From the NCBI RefSeq assembly GCF_964355755.1, contig NC_092675.1, positions 17,208,912-17,272,911 on the forward strand: a DNA stretch of 64,000 bases, given 5' to 3'. The notes under the pieces are model-generated. The model had not been told where the DNA came from and did no database searches. It worked only from the letters and a program-made list of their open reading frames with translations. Below are positions 1 through 9,590 of the stretch, in pieces. A program made the translations under genes and the position numbers. Numbering within the stretch: position 1 is the stretch's first letter; every line of letters begins with the position of its first letter. The DNA comes from Antedon mediterranea (taxonomy: Eukaryota > Animalia > Echinodermata).

Positions 1-3000
1 AATTTTTCTCATTTTACAGCTATATATGTAGTGTCGACAAATTAGTAAAATAGTATTTAGGGCTTTAAATGGTTTTTTTCTAACTCCAAAAAGGCATAAT
101 TCGGGGTTGATAATTACATTTATATTAAAATATGATTTCAACCATTGTTTAATCTTTCTCCAAAATATTTTAATTTCACAGCATTGTGCAAAAATATGTA
201 TTAAGGTTTCTGTTTCTGCTTTACATAAAGCACATAAAGGTGAGTCAATTTTCCCAATTTTATACAAAAAGGAGTTATTACCTAAAATTCTATGCACAAT
301 TTTATATTGAAACCAGAGTAGTGGTGTGGACATAGTAAGTGAGAAAAACATGGTATTAATAATTTCCCACTCTTTATCAACATATAAAGTATCCAATGCC
401 TTCTCCCACTTAATTTTAGCTTTCGATTGTTTTTTTCTAGAGTTGATTAGAGTATTATAAATTAGCTTTGATCCTTTTTTATTTTTTATTACTACGCTAA
501 GGTTAAAAGGTAGTAGTGGGCTATTTATTTTTCCTTTTGGAGAAATTTGATATAAAGACGTATGTTGTCTGACCGCATGTATTAGGCCTTCATATTGAAG
601 AAAGTTGATGTTAAGATTATGACGTTTACTAAGTTGTTTTAATGGAGTTATTCCATGTCTATCAACTAAATCATTTATAAAATTCACCCCATGATTACTC
701 CAGTTTTTATAATAGATACTTTCTCCGCCGACTTTAATATTATCATTCATCCAGAGTGTTTGTCTACATATCGATTCGGTGCTCATAGGAGTGTTGTGTT
801 TCACAAATACGCACCACGCCTTTATTACATCCAGCCAAAATGCATTGTAAGGCTTAACCTTCGCTAATTTGATTAATTTCGATGATCCGCCTTCTATGAG
901 CCAAGTTTTATGAATATTCAACACGAGTGGAACTAAAAGAGCCCATCCCGTCTCATTGGACGTTACTAACCGTCTAACCCACGTGATTTTTACCGATTGA
1001 ATATATGCGTTTATATCGACCATTCGTAAGCCTCCAAATTTATTTTCTTGTATAAGTTGATCTCTGGATATTCTATCCACCCCTTTCCATATGAAACGAT
1101 ATAGTTCTGACTTAAGTGATTTTATTACATTTTCAGGGGGATCGGGTAATGTCGAAAGGATATAGGTAAGTTTGGACAGTAATAAAGACTTCACTACCGT
1201 GATTCTTCCCAAAACAGTTAAGTTTCTTTTTGACCAATGTCTCATTGTATTTTTAATTGATTTATATACGTCTTCATAGTTCAAATCTACCATTTTATTT
1301 AAATTTGTACTGAACCGAATACCCAATGATTCAAAGGGTTCTCCATGTTTGATCCATTTTATATTATAGTTTTCGCATATTGAGTCACCTCGGTCTTTAA
1401 AAGAGCCAACCCAGACAGCATTTGTTTTGTTCACATTCACTTTTAGCCCGGAAATTTTGGAAAATACGTCGAGAGTCTTAAATGCTTCGTGCATTGACTT
1501 CTCTTTACCGTCAAGAAACAATACAGTGTCGTCCGCATACTGAGATAATCGATACTCATGATTTGCAATTGATATTCCTTTAATTTGTTTATTTTCAGAT
1601 ATCATTGAGGATAAAATTTCTGCGCACAGAAGAAACAGGTATGGACTCAGCCCATCCCCTTGTCTACATCCTCTTTCGATTAAGAATGATTCGGAGAGAA
1701 AGCCATTGACAAGAACTGAGGATCTTGCATCTTTATATAGTACTTTCACCCATTTTTGAATGGATTGTCCGAAGTTAAAATGTTTAAGAACGCAGTTAAC
1801 AAATGTGTGAGAAATGCAGTCGAACGCTTTTTCAAAGTCTATCAGTAAAAGCAGACCAGGGATTTTCTTCTTTTCACAAATTTGAATAACATCATACATA
1901 AGTCTTGTATTTTCGCCTATATATCTCCCATTAATAAATCCTTTCTGTTGTTCACTAATTAATATATCAAGGACCGATTTTATTCGTTCTGCAATGCATG
2001 ACGAAACAAGTTTATAAGTGACACTTAACAGGGTAATAGGTCTCCAGTTTTTTAGATACTCTCTGGGTTTATCCCTCTTAGGGAGTAAAGTAATTATTCC
2101 TGACTTTTGGGAAGTTGACAGTTGACCTGAGTTATACGACTCGTTAATAGCTCTCAAAAGATAGTAAACTAAATCCGCAAAAAAGAACTTAAAAAACTCA
2201 TAGCTAAAGCCGTCAATACCAGGTGACTTTCCATTTTGTGACCTCTTAAGAGCCACTAAAAGTTCGTTATAAGTAATTGGCCCTTCAATTTTATTTTGTT
2301 GTTCTTTTGTTAATGTTGGTAATGTATTCATAGTTTTAAGAAGTTTTACAATATTTTTTTCATCATCTGTATTGTGGTTTGAGGAATAAAGGTTTTTATA
2401 AAATTGTCTAGACTCAACAAGAATTTCATTTGTGTTTTGCAGAATACTATTGTTGCTTTCCTTTACTATTTTATTTATAGTTTTATCAACAAAATTTTTC
2501 TTTTCCATATTAAGAAAAAATTTGGTCGGCCTTTCGCCTTCTTCGATCCATTTAAGTTTAGTTTTCATCATTATTCTTTCCATCTTCACTTTTCTGATAC
2601 TCATAAGTTCGCCGGACTTAATTTCTAGTGTACCATTTAACGTGGCGTCGCCCTTATTGATATCAAGTGTTCTTTTTTCTATTTCCCTTTCTAATTCTTT
2701 TTCTTTTTTATTTTCAATCTTTTTCTTATAAGCCCCGTAAGAAATTGTTTTTGCTCTAATTTCCATTAATATCATTTCTAAAAGAAGTTGATCACTGATG
2801 CTAAACAGCGCTTTATTAGCATCTTTATTATCTTTTTCGTTTTGCACTATATATTGTTTTAGGACTCTATTTATGGTTTCTTTAACTTGTTGCACGTATT
2901 GAATATCTTTTAATAAGGTATTGTCAAATTTCCAGTATCCTGGCCCGTATTTTATCTGGTTCATCGTCATTTTAATATCTACGAGTGAGTGATCGGTTCG

Positions 3001-3687
3001 GTAACCTGGTTTTATATTACAATCCAGCATTTTGCTGTTTAGTTCAGATGAGATTAGGAAATAATCAAGCCTGGCTTGTTTATTGAATTTATTCTGTCTC
3101 CAGGTAAACTTTTGTTCATCTCGGTTGTAAACACGCCAAACATCTGTAAGATTAAATTCACTACAAATATTTATTATCTTTTCTCTTGCCTTTGGATTAT
3201 TAAGTTTTAGGTAATTTTTACAGTCTAATTTTTTGTCCAAAATACAGTTCCAGTCGCCGCAAACGATATTATGTGGGTTTTCATATTCTAAAACAACTTC
3301 CCTCATTTTGTCGTAAAAACCGGGGGTGTCGTTGTTGGGCCCATAAATTGAGATTAGCGTAAATTTTAGATCGTCAACCTTTACCTCCAAAGCTAACATA
3401 TTTCCATCATTATCTTTTTTATGCTTTGTAACAGTGTAGGGAAAGTTATTATTGAAAAAGATTGCGACTCCCCTTGCATTACTACGATATGAACTAAAAA
3501 AACAATCAAGGCCCCACTCCAATCTAACAAGTGACTCAGTTTCTGCCGAGAAGTGTACATCTTGGAGGCAAATAATATTGTATTTTTTTGACTTTAGATA
3601 GTGTAACACATCTCTGCGTTTTGATTTTTCTGCTAGACCTCGACAGTTCATTGAAACTATTGATAGCGTATTATTATTATTAGACAT
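1..3687 (-). CDS. L1/Tx1-clade non-LTR retrotransposon ORF2 (APE endonuclease + reverse transcriptase + C-terminal CCHC-like knuckle), 3' end runs off the window
   Basis: Manual translation from ATG at 3687: MSNNNNTLSIVSMNCRGL...IICLQDVH...SNARGVAI...IYGPN (APE); WRPITLL, LIDFEKAFD, RQGDGLSPYLF, QYADD (~1528-1542) RT motifs; CALCKAETETLIHIFAQC near 180-235; LNTILLICRHYIYSCK at the window start in the same frame as the ATG. Absent from the ORF track, consistent with no in-frame stop inside the window. Confidence 0.95.
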   Translation of the reverse strand, partial: MSNNNNTLSIVSMNCRGLAEKSKRRDVLHYLKSKKYNIICLQDVHFSAETESLVRLEWGLDCFFSSYRSNARGVAIFFNNNFPYTVTKHKKDNDGNMLALEVKVDDLKFTLISIYGPNNDTPGFYDKMREVVLEYENPHNIVCGDWNCILDKKLDCKNYLKLNNPKAREKIINICSEFNLTDVWRVYNRDEQKFTWRQNKFNKQARLDYFLISSELNSKMLDCNIKPGYRTDHSLVDIKMTMNQIKYGPGYWKFDNTLLKDIQYVQQVKETINRVLKQYIVQNEKDNKDANKALFSISDQLLLEMILMEIRAKTISYGAYKKKIENKKEKELEREIEKRTLDINKGDATLNGTLEIKSGELMSIRKVKMERIMMKTKLKWIEEGERPTKFFLNMEKKNFVDKTINKIVKESNNSILQNTNEILVESRQFYKNLYSSNHNTDDEKNIVKLLKTMNTLPTLTKEQQNKIEGPITYNELLVALKRSQNGKSPGIDGFSYEFFKFFFADLVYYLLRAINESYNSGQLSTSQKSGIITLLPKRDKPREYLKNWRPITLLSVTYKLVSSCIAERIKSVLDILISEQQKGFINGRYIGENTRLMYDVIQICEKKKIPGLLLLIDFEKAFDCISHTFVNCVLKHFNFGQSIQKWVKVLYKDARSSVLVNGFLSESFLIERGCRQGDGLSPYLFLLCAEILSSMISENKQIKGISIANHEYRLSQYADDTVLFLDGKEKSMHEAFKTLDVFSKISGLKVNVNKTNAVWVGSFKDRGDSICENYNIKWIKHGEPFESLGIRFSTNLNKMVDLNYEDVYKSIKNTMRHWSKRNLTVLGRITVVKSLLLSKLTYILSTLPDPPENVIKSLKSELYRFIWKGVDRISRDQLIQENKFGGLRMVDINAYIQSVKITWVRRLVTSNETGWALLVPLVLNIHKTWLIEGGSSKLIKLAKVKPYNAFWLDVIKAWCVFVKHNTPMSTESICRQTLWMNDNIKVGGESIYYKNWSNHGVNFINDLVDRHGITPLKQLSKRHNLNINFLQYEGLIHAVRQHTSLYQISPKGKINSPLLPFNLSVVIKNKKGSKLIYNTLINSRKKQSKAKIKWEKALDTLYVDKEWEIINTMFFSLTMSTPLLWFQYKIVHRILGNNSFLYKIGKIDSPLCALCKAETETLIHIFAQCCEIKIFWRKIKQWLKSYFNINVIINPELCLFGVRKKPFKALNTILLICRHYIYSCKMRKI

Positions 3688-4471
3688 TTTTTATTGTTAT
3701 TTTTTTACTTATTTTGTTTATATATAACGGTAGATAAAATAATAAAGCAAGGGTATATATGGTGTCATAATGGTTGTTTTGTGCAACAACCATAAACCAT
3801 AGCAGTCCAAAAATTGTTTTAGCTTCGATGAGTAACGGACTGATTCTATTGCATTGTATTTTACTACGTTCGTAAAATTTGCATTTTATGTTAATTAAAT
3901 TTTTATTACAGACGATTATAAGTTTACTTGATTGCTCTCCTATATTTTCTTTTATTTTAAAAGTATTTTTTCTGAAGTTTTTAAGGGGCCCAACAATGTC
4001 TATACACCATGTTCCGGCCGAAATGAAAGAGTCGTAATTAGTATTAACCTCAAGTATCCAGTAATTTTTATTATTAATTATCAGTGGGCAACTACATTTT
4101 CCAAGATCATTATGTAAAGTAAAATTTGTATGTAATCGCAGTCCAAAATAGCCCTGTGCTGTGGCAATGCGTATTACTTTTGTATTCAGATTACCAATTG
4201 TTCGATCATACCTCGTGTTAAAATTAGCATATGTGTTCAGTTTTTTTTTGTTATAGAGTAAAAATAAAATAAAATAAAAAAAGAGAAACAAAGAAAACCC
4301 ACCCAACAAAGGATAAAAAAACCCGGTATATCCTTCCCCCTTCCATACCCCCGAAACATAAATTCTCTTCAAATATAATAATAGCCTAATTTTCTTTTTT
4401 AAGCAACGAAAAAAGTAGCGAAAAAAGATAAGTATCAATACAATCATCACTGATATACCCCTAACAGGCAT
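3680..4471 (-). CDS. Uncharacterised 263-aa hydrophobic ORF between LINE ORF1 and ORF2 (putative membrane protein)
   Basis: ORF track; ATG start, same strand as ORF1/ORF2, stop overlaps the ORF2 start (ATGTCTAA); four hydrophobic stretches; no homology recognised. Confidence 0.5.
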   Translation of the reverse strand: MPVRGISVMIVLILIFFRYFFRCLKKKIRLLLYLKRIYVSGVWKGEGYTGFFYPLLGGFSLFLFFYFILFLLYNKKKLNTYANFNTRYDRTIGNLNTKVIRIATAQGYFGLRLHTNFTLHNDLGKCSCPLIINNKNYWILEVNTNYDSFISAGTWCIDIVGPLKNFRKNTFKIKENIGEQSSKLIIVCNKNLINIKCKFYERSKIQCNRISPLLIEAKTIFGLLWFMVVAQNNHYDTIYTLALLFYLPLYINKISKKITIKNV

Positions 4472-4568
4472 ACATACAATATCAGTACATTGTTGGATAA
4501 ATTAATATATCATATAGCGACACAGAGTTATGATTTTAAAGTTAAATTACAGCCTTATACAGACAGAT

Positions 4569-5162
4569 TTACTGCACTAGTCTCGAACTTCCGTCTTCTT
4601 CTACAATTCTTAATACAGCCGGGTAATTTAAGAAAACTTTTCTGCCGGGTTTCTCCTCTAACAGTCTCTTACGTTTGGCCCACAACCGCTTCCTCTTTAT
4701 TCTCAGATTTGGGGTAAAGTCATCCGTTATCCAAACTTTTTTTCCAGAAAAGGGACTGTTTTTCAAGTTTACAGCTCCCTTCATTACTTTAATTTTGTCG
4801 GTGAATTTATTGAAGGCAATATGTATTGGCCTCGGATACTTGGCTCGTTTACCACCTGTGGGCAGGAATGTCGGGGTACGGTGAGCTCGTTCTATGTCCA
4901 TAGGCCTATTACTATCCACTTTCAGGTATGTTTTAAAGAATCCTAGAATATAATCTGAACAGTTATTACCTTCCGACTGCTCTGGAATGCCAAAAATAAC
5001 TATGTTGTTCCTCCGTTGCCTATTTTCCAGTTCGTCTACCCGATTTTGTAGTACTTCCATATCCTGCGAGTCTGCCTTTTCATCTAAATTAGCCTGTAGT
5101 GATTCTTGGGATGCTTCCATATCCCTAACCTTCTGCCACATGTTTTTGAAGTCCTCTTCCAA
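4569..5162 (-). CDS. L1/Tx1 ORF1p (coiled-coil + RRM + CTD, Transposase_22-like), probably 5'-truncated
   Basis: ORF track: LENRQRRNNIVIFGIPE, IERAHR, PRPIHIAF, VWITDDFT, YPAVL are typical L1 ORF1p motifs; frame starts at TTG with an in-frame TAA at 5184-5186, suggesting truncation within the coiled coil. Confidence 0.9.
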   Translation of the reverse strand: MEEDFKNMWQKVRDMEASQESLQANLDEKADSQDMEVLQNRVDELENRQRRNNIVIFGIPEQSEGNNCSDYILGFFKTYLKVDSNRPMDIERAHRTPTFLPTGGKRAKYPRPIHIAFNKFTDKIKVMKGAVNLKNSPFSGKKVWITDDFTPNLRIKRKRLWAKRKRLLEEKPGRKVFLNYPAVLRIVEEDGSSRLVQ

Positions 5163-5753
5163 AATGACAAGCCTGGCATGTAGTTAATAACATTTTTTAT
5201 CATGAAAATACTACCGGTGGTCGGGCTTAGATTAGTGTGGCCGTCACAAAAAGTTGTATACATCCAGACTTACGACGGCGCCCTACCGCATGGACAGTAT
5301 TACAGTACTGTTACAAGGAAAACTGTCAGCGGAATACTAATTCTTGTGTTATTATTATTGATCCTACAGTAGGAGGCCTACAGATTTTGACGAACCATTT
5401 CAAATCGATGGGGGGCGCTTTTTTTTGGCACTTGAACATTTAAAATATTGAAAATTTTCAATATCATAGTTCATCGAATTTCAAGTATACGTATAGTAAT
5501 TGAATCTTCAAGATGTATAAGACGTTTGCCATTAGTTGATGTACTAATATTGTAAACACAGCCTATTCAATGAAAACTAAATGATCCAATTGTCGATTAA
5601 ATTAGGCTATTCGCAAGTAGGCCTATTCTCAATGTTAAGTTACAGAGTAGGGTAAACATCAATTAATCAATTTTCTTGCAAAATTATAAATGGAAATATC
5701 AGTTATGTGTTGTGTTTTTAAAATACATTTTTAAATTATACTTTTATTTGTAG

Positions 5754-8700
5754 CTTTTTCAGTGGTCATGCAGAATACCAAGTTGTAAAGAGAGTTGGTT
5801 TAATTGAAAAATGGTAAGAAACTATTATTTCTATTGATAAGATATGTATTTCAATCTCCGAGAAACCACTTCTATCCAGAGTTTTTCGGAACTAGAAATA
5901 GATACAATGTGTTGCGTCTGGTCAGATGAAATGGGCTACCTGTAGGCCTACATTTATAGATGTTGTGCCGCACAATAAATAAAAGATGAAGGTGTTAGCA
6001 AAATGACAGGTACAATTACTTCGGCTAAATGCAGTGTTTGTTGAAGGCATGGTGAATGTACTGGTACATGTCATGAACTGTTTTAATGTTGCACATACTT
6101 TTGTGTTATGTTCCTGTGCTTGGAGGACTACTGATGTTGGAAATGAATGTTGGGATGGTGTTGGGACATTGGTCATGTATGTGGCATCGCTGTTTAATCT
6201 AATAGTGCATCTATCTGTCTGACGACTTATTTTTATCAACTATGAACTTGTCTTGATGAAAAACATAAATAATAAACTCGTCCTAAATATTTAAAACCTA
6301 ACCCTCTAAATAATCTCTCTCAAAATGAAAATTATTTAAAAAAAATGTTAGATTGGAGAATCAATCCTGCAACCCCATGTGCCATATCATCAGTACAAGC
6401 CCACTGAGCCATCCAGCTCGTCGATCCAATCGGGTTTTACTTTGTATATGAATGAATGAATAAAACATTATATTATACGTAATACGTCATTTTAACCGAT
6501 CAATCAGGTCTTTTAAATAAATCATAAAATTCACTTTTTTGACTAAGATATTATATACTGTTTCGTATGTTTTCAGCGTTTCCAACCCTCTTGAAACCAT
6601 TAAAAGGCGTTCCATGCGATATAATGTCAACATGTTCGCTACAACATACATTAGGTATTTTAGTATTTTAGGTCATTACCTGTTTTTTTCACTACGAAAG
6701 TAATCCAGAGACATGTAACACCAAAACCCAATACCCTATACACCCATAGGTGTACGGTTGGGCCGGCAATCGATAATTTGTAAATACACTACTCTATAAA
6801 GTTATGACGGCTTCTGGGATCGGAAGCAGACCAGGACCAACCGTGACGAATGGCTTGAGTAGAATGGAATCGCCAGGGCCGTCGTTTGGAACACAAGTGT
6901 ACGGTAACAACAATTAGAGATTTGAACAATGAGTCTCGAACTGTAGCTTGTCTTTGGTTAACTCGTTTGCGTTGCGTCTTCGTCTTTGCGCTGCGTTTTA
7001 GTGGGAACCACCGTTTAACAATTTACGTTAGATAATTGTTCATATTATATTTGTATTGTAATTAATGTGGAAAACATATGACATGTTTACTTATATTGCA
7101 GGTTACAACAATACGGCAATATTATCTGTTTGCATACCTACCACATCACAAGAATTCTCGTACTTGATCCAGCGATCGTAAAAGTTAGTTATTTTGAATC
7201 AATAAATATAAAAAATAAAATGTCTGGGTAAGGGATAGGTCTATCGGCTGGCATGTGCGGAGGCAAGTTTGCTAGTGTACACAATTTAATAAACAGCGGA
7301 AATGGAAGCTAGTCTATAAAAGCAATTTTTAGGAGAAAAATCGCTGGTGGTAAACAAAAAGTTTGATCAGGGAGTTGAATTTCCTAAAGAATAAGACAGG
7401 CTTTATGCAAGATATTCGGATGCGACAAAGCCGAATAAACCTATATTTTGTTTGATAATGTAGTCAGAGCTTTATACTGAAGAAGTCCTCATCCCGTATA
7501 AAGCAAAAATATATATCGACCCGTAAAACAAAACAATTTTTATTTCTCAGGAGATACTGACAAATAACGAACATAAAAAGTTACGATATTACTTTTTGGA
7601 ACGTATATTTGGAGAGCGTTTTCTTGGCAGAAGCATACTTACAGAATGGGATAATACATTGTGGAATTTGAAGAGAAAGCGACTAAACAAAGCATTTCAC
7701 AAATCGTATGTTAATAAGTGTTTTAATAATAGTTTGTATTTTGACAACAATACGGTACCTGTGGGGTGTCACGAAACCTAAGACCACGAAAGCTAAGACC
7801 CCCTAAGACCTTAGGTCTTGGGTGTTAGCTTTCGTGATCTTAGGTCTTAGGGGTCTTAGCTTTCGTGGTCTTAGGTTTTGTGACACCCGGTACCTGTGGC
7901 ATTGGGTCACCTATATTACTTCTCCGTCTTCTGCACGAACTAATTCTGAAACATTCATATCTAATATTTTTAATACCGGTACTTATCATGATTTTTAATT
8001 CAGTTAGAATTACTGATTTATTTTTATTTAGCACATTGCAACAAATGGTCGATCAGTTTGATTCGTGTGCCAACAGTTTTATCAACCACCTCGAACCGAT
8101 GGCAGATGGTAAGAATGTGATTCAAATGGTGGACAAGCTGGGACTAGTCACTGAAGATATAATCGCTAAGGTAAAAATGTGAATTCACACTGTCCGTGAG
8201 TTGTAGAAGTAAAGGGACGATCTCATAATTTGATAAAATCCATTATGCAAGTAAAAATGAGGACCAACCTACGTTAGATGACAGATCAAATAACAAAGTA
8301 ATCGATTACTCCATGATGACAGAAATGAATGATTTAATAATATCATGTTTTTAGGTTGGTTTTGGATTACACCTTGATGTTTATAAGGAAGATGGAGTTA
8401 CATTTGACAACGCTCTTACAGAAACGTTCCGATTAAAATGGATTCATGCAATGCCTCAATGGTTCAGCGTAATTATGTTTTATTGATTACAATCGTTTAA
8501 ATGTTAAATAAGAAAAATAAAAATCAGGAACGAAAATACGCATCACGTGTTTGCGTATGAAAAAGCCCGAGAAGCACGTTTTAATGCATTAAATCCACTT
8601 AAAATACCCGTACCCGTCTAAATTTGTTTAGAGGATACTTATTAGACTTGCTTGTATTCATTGTCTTTTTTTAAAATTTATTTGTTTTTATTTCGATTTT

Positions 8701-8905
8701 TGTCAGAAAATACCCAAACGCAAGTAGTATACGTACGAAACGCCATATGTGCCAAAATATTTATCTTTTTACTAATATTTATCTTTTTATATTTATATTT
8801 TATATTTTATTCAGTCAAAACCAACAGCGATAAATACCGGGTTTGAAACAGGTTTGAAACATAAAACAATACAACATCAAAAACGGTTAACAATAAAATA
8901 CAGAT

Positions 8906-8940
<35 letters not shown>

Positions 8941-9558
8941 CCAAAGGTAAATTACTGAAAAAATGACAATGCTGTGGGTATCAGTGGCTGGATCTCAATG
9001 GAGATACAAAATAAAAGCGAAAAGCTAAATCAAAACGAGAAGTAAAACAGCCAGAAAAGTTAGCAGAGCTTTCGGGCAACACTAGCCCTTCATCAGATCA
9101 AATTGATACGCCCTCATCTTACAGTATTTTTATTTACGAGGGGGGATCTCCGAAGAGATACTTTTATATATTCTTTGCCTGATTTGTTTATATATATAAA
9201 AGTATCTCTTCGGAGATCCCGCCTCGTGAATAAAAATACTGTAAGATGAGGGCGTATCAATTTGATCTCTGGTGCGCGTGCGTACAACTGAGGACTAGCG
9301 CTGTTCCGCCGGCCCACGCCGAGAATGTTAAAGAGTCGCTATCCAATCGAGTGCGAACAATACCATGAAAGCCCCAGTGGTCTAATGGTTAGGACATCTG
9401 CATATCAAGCAGGCGGTCCGAGTTCGAGTCTCGGTTGGGACGACTTTTTCTCATTCTCACAGATTTCCTCATCTTTATCGTTTCAAATTAATTAATTAAA
9501 TTCCAGTGTATCACCGGGCGGTTTAGAATTAATGTTCTTTGCCTGATTTGTTTATACA

Positions 9559-9590
<32 letters not shown>

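Larger units (their letters stand above)
1..5180 (-). mobile_element. Young L1/Tx1-clade LINE, antisense to and probably within intron 1 of the CYP46A1-like gene
   Basis: ORF1 + 881-nt inter-ORF region + open ORF2; 5' boundary approximate; 3' end outside window. Confidence 0.88.

Noticed and set aside
107-2731. Plus-strand ORFs 107-310, 2404-2628, 2432-2731
   Set aside because: Antisense shadows of LINE ORF2.
5922-6239. 105-aa Thr/Ser-rich ORF and overlapping antisense ORF in a CYP intron
   Set aside because: No recognisable domain, non-ATG start, no splice partners found.
6804-6917. GC-richer short ATG ORF (MTASGIGSRPGP...) in a CYP intron
   Set aside because: Only 37 codons, no homology recognised, not needed by the CYP exon chain.
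9371-9442. Functional tRNA gene
   Set aside because: Multi-copy within a larger repeat, atypical anticodon loop (ATATCAA) and an acceptor-stem mismatch in this copy; reported as tRNA-like part of a mobile element.
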